Below are positions 37,236-49,180 of a stretch of 64,000 bases of DNA, in pieces (the stretch's first letter is position 1; each line of letters opens with the position of its first letter). The position numbers were made by a program, and so were the translations under genes. The stretch covers positions 63,488,001 through 63,552,000 of the forward strand of contig CM060732.1 in assembly GCA_030704615.1 (NCBI GenBank), written 5' to 3'. The notes below the pieces were generated by a model. The model searched no databases and was not told the DNA's origin. It worked only from the letters and a program-made list of their open reading frames with translations. This DNA comes from Takakia lepidozioides (taxonomy: Eukaryota; Plantae; Bryophyta).

Positions 37236-39092
37236 CATACATGGCCGCTCTGGCAGTTTAGCCATTTCTCCAAGGGGTTTAGCCACGCCAAGCTAGGGTT
37301 TGTGTCTCTTGGACTCTAGGCTTCTTTCCACCGAGCTATGGCGGCTGTGAGGAAATCAGCAAGGTATTCTTGCTCTTTCGGCTCCCACACACCACCATAG
37401 TAGCCCTAAGCCATGAGGTGGTTGCCACAAACCAAGCCTTCTTTCTCACTTAGCCTCCCCAAACACGCCACTAAACTCAATGACAAACAACCAAGCCCTA
37501 CTGGTTCCCAGCCCTTGTGAGCACTCATTCAAGCACTCTCCTTGGCCATAGCATCTATCTTAGAGCCTATTCCAGCCCCCTACACCTGCTGCTTCAAGAG
37601 TTGCGCTCCCTTCAAGCTTGAAGTTGAAACCCCAACTCACATAGGCCCTACAAGTGCTTTTCTTTCACTCCAAGTGGAAACCAGCCCTAGACCTTCCGTT
37701 CTAGCTCTCTAAAGCTTGAAAACAAGAGCCTCAATGGGCTGAAGGCATGCTCCACACATGCCCCCACTCTCACCATAAGAGAATCAGCTCATTTGCTTAA
37801 TTTCTTGCACCCACAAACCTGAAAATACAAGCTTCAGCAGGCTGAAAGCATGCTCCACATGCCCTACAGGGCCCCTTCCTTCTTTTCTTGCACTCCCACA
37901 CCTGAAAGTGCAAGCCTTCACCAGGCTGATAGCATGCTCCACACATGCATTGCCCTCACATAAGGGAAGTCAGCCCTTCCCTCTTCCTTGCTTGCCCTCC
38001 AAGCTTGAAGATGGAAGCTTCAATGAGCTGAATACATGCTCCACACATGCAACCTCTTCACACAAGAGATATAAGCCCCCTATCTTGGCTCCTTGGCTCC
38101 TTGATGCTCTCTAAGACAAGACTAAGCACTCCACAGCCTTTGCCAAGCTCTTGAAACCCTAAGGCTTACATTTCCAGCCACAAGACACTTCTCTTGTGGT
38201 GCAAGAGCTCTTCTTCCAAGCTCTGAAACCCTAGGTGCACATTCCATGGCCTTGCCGCACCTCTTAGCTCCTGTTCCAGCCCTGCTCTTGCCATGACAAG
38301 AGCCCTCTCAATGCTGAAGCTCGAGATTGAAACCCAATCTCATCATACTCCACAAAGTGCACTGATTTGCCCCAAGCCAAATCAGCCCTTTCGCTTGGTC
38401 TTGCAATTCTTCACACAATGAAAGCTCGCATTCCCAAGTCCAGTTCTCAGCTTTGCCACCAAAGCCACTATAACCTGCTCTTGACTGGTCCTCTTCCCAA
38501 TCGTGCTTGCTCATGCATGTACACAATCTGAAACCATCAAGGTGCCCTGGAATTACCTGTAGCATGGTGCTTTCATCTCTGAAGCTGAAGATCGAATGCC
38601 AAGGTTTACCACCTCGTAACCCACATCGCCTCTGCTTCTAACAACCAAGAGCTCCACGGTGCTCCTTGCATAACAACCTGGTTTCTCTCATTCTCAAGCA
38701 AAAACCACAAGTGCTACAACTAACTCGTATCTAGCACTCATAGATACGAGCTAATCTTTCTCGAGTGATAAAGAAGAAGAATACAAGCACAAACTCATGC
38801 GAGCTCACAAAGCTGAAGCATAAACTCATGCATATATAACCTCATCACTCAAATACAAGTCAAGCCAAGTGTACCCCACGCCATGGGGAATCCACACTAC
38901 GGCGCCATAGCTAGGCGCGGTGAGGCTCAACTTGAGAAAGATGAGCCTCCCGCGCTTGCCGTGAAGATAACCTTTCCAGGGCCTAAATCTGCCTTGACCC
39001 CTGGATTGACACTTGGGCCAATCCCAAATGTCAATATGTAAAAGCTAGCTATTTCCTAGCTAGTTTCACACTAGTGGTAAAATAACTTGACA

Positions 39093-40030
39093 CCAATATT
39101 GTGGGTAGACAATCCCAAGTGCATCCATGATGCTGTGGGCTGGAAAACGGGTCTCCAGCTCTCGAACCAAAGCCTTTGCAGCCTTGAACTCCCACAGACC
39201 ACCCCATCAGTAACCATTCCCCTATTACAAAACATGAAAATCAGAGCTTGCAAATACAATGCATGACTTGCAAGTTTCCACTCAGAAAAACATCAGGAAT
39301 TAAACGATTAGTACCTGCACACTCCTGCTTTACCAATCCATGACCTGTGAGAAAACATCTTCAGTCACAAAGGAAGAGACACCACTGGATAGGTTACGGT
39401 GCAAGGCCCATATGTGTTGTCCATTCACCTCAAAGACCAAATGCGTAACTCCAATAATATTCAGGTCCGTTATCCAACGCATGTGAATAGAGTCATGATT
39501 GCAACCAAGCAACATTTTGAATGCCCAAAAAGACATTGACATGATAAAAGGTTTGGTCACAATACATGCAACACACATCCCCTTGATACACCTTTATGGC
39601 AGCCACAAAGTCGCACACAAAAACATCTCTCATCTATGCAAACTTGATGAGAGGATGGACTGACTTAGGAGGTGCTTTTGCTCCACATCTTTGGACTCCC
39701 AACAAGGCATGTTCAAGCTCACAATGAAGAGCAATGCAACTGCAGCCATGGCCCCATATTTTGACACCAACCCCTTGACACATATGTGGCGAACTGTGAC
39801 TGCCTCGAGGGTCTTGGTGAAGAGTTTTTCAGAGTATATTAAATTAGTAGAGATTGCAATGGTGCAGGTGTTGGGAAGCGTTGAAGACAAGCGATGCTTT
39901 AGTGCCTCGCTTTCATGAAATCAAAGTTGCGGAACCGACTCACAACCCACTTGGTTTTGAAAATATTTGCACAACGGTTCTACATGTTGGAAATCTTTTT
40001 TGAATGCATTGACTAGTGGAAATCAGCTCG
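39093..40030 (+). pseudogene. hAT transposase C-terminal relic (dimerisation domain)
   Basis: KLVEIAMVQVLGSVEDKRCFS-(frameshift)-LAFMKSKLRNRLTTHL matches the hATC pattern SxxxERxFS...KxxLRNRL. Confidence 0.8.
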
Positions 40031-43000
40031 TGTGTGTTATGATTGTGATGCATAGTCTTTCTGATTCATGTTATGGTGTAGGACAGAAAACTTGGAGGTT
40101 TTTTCCACTTTCATGGTGCATGTTTCAGTGACAAGCGTGTCAGTGAGGCTGCATGATCACCCTTGGAATGAACTCCAATTCTGAGAACCTCTTTGTTCCA
40201 TGATCTTGGCAAGTTCTCTTTATTTTTATTGTGATTTGGAGTCTCACTACTTAGTTGGATTGTGTTTTGTGTATGTGTACAGGTTACTCGTGCTTCATTG
40301 GGCAATTTCAGGGGTTCAATTCCCCCACAAGTGTTTGTCCCTTCATGTGGTCTCTGGATGTGGTGTGCTTTGGCATGTTGCACTTGATTTGAGGTGTTAT
40401 GGTCCATTCGCAAGGGAGAAGGGAGTGGGGACAAGGGAGCAGAGGCACAGGTGGGGGGGGGGGGGATAGAGGGAATGAAGCAATGGGTTGCGAGACGGCG
40501 GAGCAGTGGAATGGGGGAGGAGAGTATGCCGTGGGGCGAGGCGGGGCCTAGGCAAGGGGCCCAGAGCCGAAGCCGAGCGCGGACATGGCGGGGGCAAGTT
40601 GGAGAGAGGGTGGGGAATTGACAGAAAGGCACCGCATGGGAGGGCTGTAGGCTCCTATGTGCAGGGCCCGCACGCATTCAACTCCCAGTCTAGTGTAAAC
40701 CCTTTGGTATCCAATTGGACAGATGTCTATATACCAGTACCAGTTGGGAATGTTCAATGTAGATACCAGTCCAGCACTGAAAATAACCTTGCCTTATGGC
40801 CCTATCGAGGTTTCCTCATTCATCTTTAAGTTCGGTAACAGGGCCTCCATCCCCTTCAATTTAAAAATAAAAAATAAAAACTTAAACCTCGCAATGAGCA
40901 GAAGGCTCATGGGTCACTGCCCATGCCATGGAAACGGGATAAAATTATACCACACTTGAGAATGTAGCAGGATCTGAACGCAGAATCACCTGGGTGGAGT
41001 GCTCTATCGAACTAAGCATACCGACTGGTGGTCCCTTTCAAAATACAAGGAATATTGAGCACATGTGTTATCATAACATGTTAAGTTAATTGCTGTGAGG
41101 AGCCTAACCCCCGCATCGATATTTTGTTTTCTTAAGACGGGAAAAAATAGCCTCGAGGGAAGCCAAGAAGGCCTTACAATTGGAAAAGCAACCATTTGAC
41201 ATCAATCAAGTTGAGACCCAACGGTGGGGATGTGAGATTACGCAGATGTATCTATTTTTCCTTGAGAAATGAAAAATAAAATACCCTCCTTTTTGTTTTT
41301 AGAGAAAGGGGAGGTAGCCGCTTCTGTAAAAGTAATATGTTTTACATTGCCAACCCACATTTTTAATAAACAATTTACCTACATTGTCATCACCATATAT
41401 CCAGCGTGACAGAATTAACTTAAGATTAAGATATACAATGCCTAGCTATTAAAGTTTTTTATAAAAATAATCCTTTCTGTTTTTTTAATTGGTTTATTCC
41501 CTTAATAATTTTTTTCCCCGAATAAGCTCTCCAATAAATGTAAGAGGCATGGCCTCCACCTTTATATAATAAAGTTAACCAGGGAAATAAACCCTGTTAA
41601 CCCAATATCATATATATATATATACTTTCTATATCCTTTTTATTTTCCCTGGGTAAGCAATTGAGTCAAAGTGGCTCACCTCATAACAAGTCCGGAAAAG
41701 CGCGGAGAACGGATGAAATCATCTCTAGCTGCGCGGGAATGAATGAAAGTGTGACAGCGTTCATCCCAGCCGAGGCAAAAAAAGCAGCATAGAATCAGTG
41801 TCGTTGGCCAAAGCCTAAAGGGGGGCGGCTCAGGACGAGCGCGAGTCAAGCCCATGTGACGGCGCCACGTGCAAGTGTCGTGGAAGTACCCACGTGTTCA
41901 TACACGGTAGATTCCTGGGACCAGGGATCACACGTGCGGTCCTATTCGGATATCCCCGAGCAATCGCAATCTCCGTCTTTACCGTCGGTGCAGCCACGCG
42001 TCACGTCTCAACACGTATTCGCCGTATCCCAAGGCCTGATCTCAACTGTTGGAGATTCTAGATCTGACGGTTTCTAGGTGACCACGAAATGCCCGCTTTT
42101 TATAGTAAAAAGTGAAGTAACCTCCGCCGAAAAACTTTCACCTCGTACATAAATACTTGTATACCGACGCCACAAGATTGGACAGATCGCATAATCCACA
42201 GAATATTCGGAGTAGGGTGAAATTTTGATTTTCTGTGGTAAAAAAAAAGTATTGACTGTATTAAGTAATTTTAGTAGTGATGCAGCCGAGGCTTTATATA
42301 CTGCAGAACCAAAGTTCGGACACGGTTCTGTTGATGCGGAGAGAGCTGCTTGGTTCATGTACCACGGAGACTTGCAGGACTAGTAATGCGAGGCTGTCCA
42401 TATAATCCAAAGATGCCATAGAACAGGCAAGGATCTCATGGTCCTGCAGGACTTGCACGCGGTCGAGCAACGAGCAAAGAATGGCTCTGGCAGGACTCGT
42501 TTGTGTCAGATCGTTCAGAGTGGTGGGAGGTACAGCTTGTCTTCATCAAGGGTTTGGAAGAGCACTGTTTCTGCATGCATTGGACGGAAGCCGCCCATAA
42601 TGATGTTTGTAGCGCGATTGTATTCAGTTTGCTTTCAGAACATTTTTGCTAGACTTCATGACTGCAAATCTTAATTAGTTCCGGTATCAAAAGGCTGCTC
42701 AAAAGTGTCACTCATAGCAGGTTGAAGCTGATCGGCCTGCTCAGTCAGTCCCCTATCACATAGATATGCAGGAGTACCAGTCTTCAGTCATCCTTCAGTC
42801 ATAAGCTGACAAACGAAGGTCTTTGGATCGATTTGAAGGTTGGTTCAATCCTCCTCAAGTGGGTGAGGTCACAGCCGGGGATGGGAGGCCCTCGAGCTCC
42901 TAGGAAGAATAAACTGAAAAAAACTATAAATATTTGATAATTCTCCAATAATAGACGGGCTTACCAGCTGTGGTAGTAGGTTAACCGGGTAGATACCAGA

Positions 43001-43314
43001 TACGTAGTTCGATTCCTGTCTACGGAGTACATGTTTGCTGGTAACTATTCTGGTCTTGTCTTTATGGTCTTGTCTTACTGTGGGTTGGTGAAATGAGGTG
43101 TGGATGAATGTTCTACGGTCCACATCTCAAGAGAACAATTGGGTATGTGGATGATGTAATGGGTGACAAGGATGATAAGTGGGAATGATAGTGAAAGCCT
43201 GGCGGCGGCGGCTTTGAGACGTGGTAGGGTAGGCACGATAAGGGAGTCAATAGACAGCTTATCATCACATTTAAAATGTGACTCGGCGACCTTTGACGTC
43301 TTCTCACTTGAGCA

Positions 43315-43400
43315 GGTAGCCCAGTGGTTCGGTATTTGTGGCTTGCCTGTGCATAACCTGGTGATCCTGGGTTCAATCCTTCAACATGTGCCTTCAAACC
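43315..43400 (+). mobile_element. tRNA-derived SINE-like head / pseudo-tRNA
   Basis: Box A TAGCCCAGTGG (43317) and box B GGTTCAATCC (43370) at tRNA-like spacing; no clean cloverleaf. Confidence 0.45.
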
Positions 43401-44306
43401 GGGCCCCTCTATGAGCTGTGTGTTGAGCAGTAAGCTCTGTAAATTCACTGGACGTTGAACAAACTTTACTTTTTAGTTTACATCTTTGCCATTTTTTTTT
43501 CGCTACCAATAAGTTGGGTTATTTGATGGTTAGTTGGATGTTGCGAACGAATGAGCGAAACATAACATATGTAGTGCATTAAGTCCAACGCAAATTTTGC
43601 CTAAGACTCAGTAAATATTTATGGGAACGGGGTTACATCGGCTTTGGCCGGAGTCCTCTCTCTCGCGCGGAAATGGGCCATTTAAAATTGCTACATTTGA
43701 TGTATAAACTAAGGTTCCCAATGTGGGGCAAGCTTTTGACTTCCATTAGTTTTGAATGGTCTTCAATTCGGTCCACCTAAGTTATATAAGTATTGGTTTT
43801 CCAGTCGTTCCAGATCTAACAGAGGGATTCAAGTGAACAGTCAGCTATACAAACTTTTTATTCCCCATAATATACATTTTTAGAATTTTATATCTTTTTC
43901 TTTCCATAAATGGAGGAAATGGCAACGACTAGGGACAACTGCATCCCATTGGATGTATAATCCGTCTATTCATCCCAGTCAAACAAGTTAGTCAATGCAT
44001 GAGCTACACAAGTCACTACTTGAATACCTGCAAATCTGACTGGTAGAGCTGACCAGCCTGCCAATGGTCTATGCCTTCTACTAATATTTAATATGTGTAA
44101 GGAAAAAACAAACTGCAAATAGCTAAAGTTAATGGGGTTTCCTTACAAACAAAAAACCAATACAAGTGGCGGCTTGTCGCGTGATGGTTCCTCCTACTAT
44201 TGTATGTTGGTAGAAATGGAATATAATTAGAAGCAACAAATACAGATTTATGGTCCGTCCAATATGCTCATGTAATATGGGATATGCAATGTCGGTGAGT
44301 CCAAAC

Positions 44307-45003
44307 CTGTGTTGGGAGGTTATTTGATTTTTTTGATATCAGGCGGTTACGGATGTTTCACTTTAACTTTGTATTCACATGCTCCAGTTCCGGAGTTTTG
44401 GAGCTTTCTCATTTTTGATATCCTGCCGATTAATAAATATAAAATTTAAGCCTATGCGGTTATGGACAAATGGACTTTCTCTCTAGATGGCATCCTGCGG
44501 TTCAGTATCCGGTTATCAAACAAGTCATGGTTTACTTTAATGATGTAAAATAAACCAAAAGTTAATCTAATGTAAAAATATTCATATGAAAATAATAAAT
44601 TTATTTGTATCGCATAGTTTCATTAGGAGCTGAACCATAATCTGATCTAAATTATATCACAGTTGAACATATTTGAGGTGTTCATCAACGTTTTCAATCC
44701 CACTATTCAATGGCCACATCGTTTATGTAACCATACAACCTGTTAGTAACCTCCGGTTAAAGGGCAGATATAAAGGTTCATAACCTGGCTCTTGTGGGCC
44801 ACTAGTTCTAGATCAAAACAAATTTAAAGAAATACCCCAAACCAAGGTTCTCAACGGGATCCGGTTATCCGAGCTATTCATATCCGGCGGTTCCTAACAG
44901 AGGCAGATTTTTAAATTTTTTACCTCCGGCAGATCCACATATATATATCCGGGTTGGGATCCGCCGAGGGTTTGAGGCAAAATCAAATATACGCCCAACA
45001 CTG
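44307..45003. mobile_element. Non-autonomous hAT MITE (697 bp)
   Basis: TIRs CTGTGTTGGGAGGTTATTTGATTTT / AAAATCAAATATACGCCCAACACTG. Perfect 8-bp TSD GTCCAAAC. Subterminal CGGTTA/ATCCGG motifs. Confidence 0.92.
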
Positions 45004-45084
45004 GTCCAAACGTAATCTAGTTGAGAGCCACAAATCGAAATACTTATAATTGTTAACTGGATTTTTTTTTTCCTTTTTAAAAAA

Positions 45085-45195
45085 GAAGCACCTGGGAGCG
45101 ACAGCTCACAAGTCAGGCCCCTTAATTACAGTGAGAGGAATCTTTCAGAGCAACCTAGCCCGGAAGGCTTTCGCATGGGACACCGCCCAAGGGCT
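45085..45195 (+). repeat. Short dispersed repeat; inverted copy at ~46660-46790 and a related copy split by the big hAT (15395-15430 / 40788-40800)
   Basis: Shared CAGGCCCCTTAATTA(C/T)AGTGAGAG...GAAGGCTTTCGCATGGGACACCGCCCAA. Confidence 0.75.
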
Positions 45196-45442
45196 GGAGT
45201 TGCATGTGAAAAGAAGTCAAGAATATTTGTTGATAGGGAATTGTTTATCTGAAAATCTCGTAATATTGTTGCCGGATAGAAGTACAGAAATTTTTTGTTT
45301 TTATTTTAGACAGGGGAGGGAGGAAGCCTAGAAATCTATTTAAAACATGAAGATTACAAAAAATAAAATAAAAAAATCTTTGTAATTAAGTATGGTTTAT
45401 GGTTTATACGACTGCAATAAATTAATTTGTTCTCCTTTAATG

Positions 45443-45826
45443 TGTCGTGCGCAGACATATCGTTACATAACTACATCGGTGTCCAAACCACACAACACAT
45501 ATGCACATCACAGATTAGTATGCCACAATCACTAGTATGCCACAATGGTAAAGAAGAAGACAACAAGCTCACAAACTTGCAGATAAAAAATCATCACTCA
45601 TGTACGATCGAGCCTAGTGCACCCCATGCCACGGGGATCTATACTACAGCGCCATGGCCAAACGCGGTGAGGCTCAACTCGAGAAAGATGAGCCACACCG
45701 CGCTTGCCGTGAAAATAACCCCTCAAGGGCCTAACATACTTTGATCCCTGGATTGACACTTGGGCCAATACATAAAAATTAATTATTAACTAGCTAGTTT
45801 CACACTAGTGGTAAATTAACTTGACA
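45443..45826 (-). mobile_element. 384-bp miniature derivative of the DNMT element (both termini only)
   Basis: 45443-~45535 matches 16312-16400 and ~45550-45826 matches ~30895-31214. Ends are TGTC...GACA, flanked by ATG/ATG. Confidence 0.88.
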
Positions 45827-46074
45827 ATGTAATCAAACTATGTTTGAGTTTTGATATTTAGATATAAAAAATTATATATTACATTATTCTAGGATAAATA
45901 TCAATATAAAATTAAATAATATTTGGTAAATTATAATATTAATAATAAATATAATTCTACAATTTCAATCTTAGTGGATATAAAAAAATAGAAATTGGTT
46001 TGTAGGGATTTGAAGGGACGTGAATTCAATGAGAAACTTGAAAGTTGAAAAATCGTGGATATTAATGCACCAAC

Positions 46075-46630
46075 CAACAGTTGGTAGCTCAGTTGGATAC
46101 CGTACTTATCTAGCTTATTAGGCAATAATTACTTCAAAAGAAAGTGCCTAATTAAATTTAGATTTTTTTTAAAAACCGTGCCTAAAACCTGGAAATTTTT
46201 CCGGAGAAGTGCCTAATTGCTTAAAAATTGTGAAAAAATACCAAAATATCCAAATATGTTGAGAAAAATACCTAAATTGTACTATTCAAAGTCCAAAAAA
46301 ATGGCACATCACCCATATGATGTGAATCTTCTCAAAAACAATTGGTGAGGTAATATCTATTCTGAAAACCATTATGTTTTTTTAAAAGAAAATTACCTCA
46401 ACAATAGGTTTTGAGGGAGGTTAAAAAAACAATTGTTCATTATTATCTAGGGTGGTAATACATGCCTAATGTTTGGGAAATTACGGTGAGGTGCCTAAAT
46501 AATAAAAACGAATCTGCCTAATAATATTCCATTTTTATTAATTGTTAGGCGCGGAAGTGCCTAATGAGCTAGGTAGTACGGTAGTGCACTCAGTGCCACC
46601 GAGATGATTCTGGGGTCAGATCCTGCTACC
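46075..46630 (+). mobile_element. tRNA-derived SINE-like sequence split by the Tc1/mariner MITE
   Basis: Removing 46100-46583 gives GGTAGCTCAGTTGGATAGTGCACTCAG...GGGGTCAGATCCTGCTACC, with box A and a degenerate box B. Confidence 0.55.
46100..46581. mobile_element. Tc1/mariner-type MITE (482 bp)
   Basis: TIRs CCGTACTTATCTAGCTTATTAGGCA / TGCCTAATGAGCTAGGTAGTACGG. TA TSD on both sides; internal TGCCTAA motifs. Confidence 0.9.
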
Positions 46631-47746
46631 TTGATGGATGTGGTATGTTCTTCTCCCCCTTCCTTTGGGCGGTGTCCCATGCGAAAGCCTTCACAGCAAG
46701 GTTACTGTGAAAGAGATTATTTTTCCCTCTCACTATAATTAAGGGGCCTGATTTGTCAGCTGTCGTTCCCAGGTATTTCCTTTTACAAAAAAATAAAAAA
46801 ATGCAACAACCCATATTATTTTTTGGTGAGCAAGGAAACCGGTTTTGGGATCATCTCCCAAAAGCAACAAAAAACATCTATTAGCCACATGGAGACACGT
46901 TTTGTGAATAACCAAAATGATTTAACGATGGAGTTGACATCGGAGAGTTATAGTTTGCACTAATATTAACCCCCTAGTGCCAGCATGACCGCAGCCTTGG
47001 ATAATTTGTCTTATCTATGATATGTAACTTGAAACAAAACGGCCACTACGGGAAGGTCAAAGTGCATCAACTGGATTTCTCGCAACGTTAGCCTTAGCCT
47101 TAGCCTTAGTTGATCGCTTTTCTCTCCTGGGCCTTACAGCCTCCCTTCTAGCTTCGTTTCCTTCCTGTCCAGCTCCTTAGCTCTTAGGCTCCTCCGTGTA
47201 CCTTTGACTCTTGGTTATGGGGTGGTACCCCCTTTGTATGCTTCACAGCGCTTTATAGGGTTAGTTTTTCGATGTCTTTTTTAATTTGATTAATGGACTT
47301 CTGACCCTTTCCTGGTATTTTAAAAACCAAAAAATGTTTGATATCAATGTAAACCCTAAACTCATGGTTATTTTTTCCACGATTTCTTAATATGACTTAA
47401 AGGGCTTCCTCCCCTTTTCTTATTGAAAAAAAAGAAACGTAAACTTTTGAGAACAGATTTCAAAAACATTTAGGGTCAGCTTGAGAGCCTATCATTATCT
47501 TTAAAGAAAAATATAATAATACAATTAGACATATGGCTCTTAGTTACTCCAGCTTTTCACAGGATCAGTTGGCTTGTATAAAAATGTCTTGCAGATCATT
47601 TGCAACTTCTATTGACCATGTATACCGACCAATCTGACAAAAACCCTCATGACCACTTTGGATCCCCTTATTTTGTTTGTATTTTATCTCTTTTCGGCGA
47701 AGGACTTGGGGACAGAGCCAGTTTGTGAATTTAACTTTGTAAAAGG

Positions 47747-47905
47747 CCGTAAGCCATATATACACAAGGGAACTCCCCTGGGACAAGGCTACACGGAGAC
47801 CGTAAGGCATATATACATGAGGGAACTTTCTTGGGACAAGGCTACACGGAGGCCGTAAGGCAAATATACACGAGGGAACTTCCCCGAGACAAAGCTACAC
47901 GGAGA
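47747..47905. repeat. ~54-bp tandem repeat, ~3 copies
   Basis: AGGGAACT...GGACAAGGCTACACGGAG.CCGTAAGGCA.ATATACA is repeated. Confidence 0.85.
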
Positions 47906-49070
47906 GCATAACAACCCTTCCATCTTTCATCAAAAGATAGGGTTGGATTATTCCTTTAGTAACTAGACGTGGCATGTTTCCAATATATTGCCATGATGTT
48001 CCAGTAACATAGTCTCATTTATTATTTTAGTTTTATTTTATTTGGTGTGGTGTGGGGGGCGCAAAGGGGACAATGGCCCAACTAAAATAGATAGGCATGG
48101 AAAAAATGATCGAGTGGGGCCATGAGGCTTACGCCTCCTCGTACCGAATTCTGATCTGTGGAAATTTTACACACATACTCCGATCTATCTAGATCACTCA
48201 ATCAATCCATCCTTAATTTTCTATGCAAGCGAATGGGATTTTCAGTGTCTTTTAAGGGGTTTTGATAAGAATTTGCTTAGAGCCATCTCTCTCTCTCTCT
48301 CTCTCTCTCCCTCATGGTGCCAACCGAAGTAGAATAAATAAGAGCCTCTTCCCCTTGCAGGTACTGTCTCCTTTTAGGGGTGGGCTCTATGATACTAGTT
48401 TTTTTTTTTAAAAGATTTTTTAAAAGTTCAAAAATGGGCAACGAACAAATGAATTCAAAACATCGGACAGAAGTAAATCCAGACGTATCATGGGTTCGAT
48501 TTGACATTGGGGGCAGCATCACGTGCATGCGTCTACTCTTTGGGGAATTTTGCACACCTACCTATGATTGCCTTCTTATTGCGGGCAATCAAAAGTAGGT
48601 GTGTGACGATTTTCTTTTTTCACCTCTCTCGTACCATTGCTTGCAAAATTATAAACCCTATCATTTTCCCCGACAAGGCCAGGCTAGGCGTCCTCACGGA
48701 GCAGTTAGGGGCACAACCTCATGACAAGTTGTTTGTTTTTATTAAAGCTGGTTGTGATTATACTCAATGGGTTGTGGCATAAGGGAAATGACACTTTGTA
48801 CATCAAGCAAAGGTTTGGTGGGATTCTTGATCTAGGGGTTTAGCACGCTCATCTGAGCACAATCCACCGTGATAGGTGGTACTCCACAACGATACCGCCC
48901 ACTCCTGAAAATGGGCAAGTACCCGCAAGGGTAGGAGGCTCTTATTTATCTAGCTCTTGCTGGCATCATATATATTTTCCATGACATTAGGTGTTTAGGC
49001 GTAAATAGGCTCCATTACTACTTTATTTATTCATTCATTTTCTTACTATTTCAATGTAGTATAAAAAGTA

Positions 49071-49180
49071 CTAGGGTAGCCTGTGCCGTTGGCCCAAGTG
49101 TAAGATCTTCTATGTATCCAGTGCGTTTCCTCATCTTTCATATTTACTACTGTACCTTCTGAAGTTAGGCAGCGGTGAGC
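49071..49180 (-). mobile_element. Helitron-like 3' end fragment
   Basis: Minus strand reads ...CTTGGGCCAACGGCACAGGCTACCCTAG|T. Confidence 0.5.

Larger units (their letters stand above)
32534..39092 (-). mobile_element. DNMT-bearing Gypsy-derived element, copy 2 (3'-truncated within the MTase, uninverted)
   Basis: Same 5' terminus TGTCAAGTTATTTTACC at 39092, then leader, minisatellite, gag, protease and MTase motifs I-VIII in colinear order. Similarity to copy 1 ends at ~32534. Confidence 0.92.
15431..40779 (+). mobile_element. hAT DNA transposon expanded to 25.3 kb by nested insertions
   Basis: TIRs CAGTGCTG(TT)GGACTGGTAT / ATACCAGTCCAGCACTG. Perfect 8-bp TSD AAAATAAC at 15423-15430 and 40780-40787. 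Subterminal TACCAGT/ACTGGTA motifs occur at both ends, and a transposase relic lies inside. Confidence 0.9.

Noticed and set aside
36280-37296. 338-aa antisense ORF with HSPSQP repeats (also 36555-37085 and 19073-19693)
   Set aside because: It is a translation of the CACAGCC minisatellite, which is nearly stop-free on that strand. Several frames are open, and the copy-1 equivalent contains stops.
41690-43100. Possible gene or miRNA/TAS precursor
   Set aside because: There are promoter-like motifs but no recognisable ORF, conserved miRNA sequence or miR390 site by eye.
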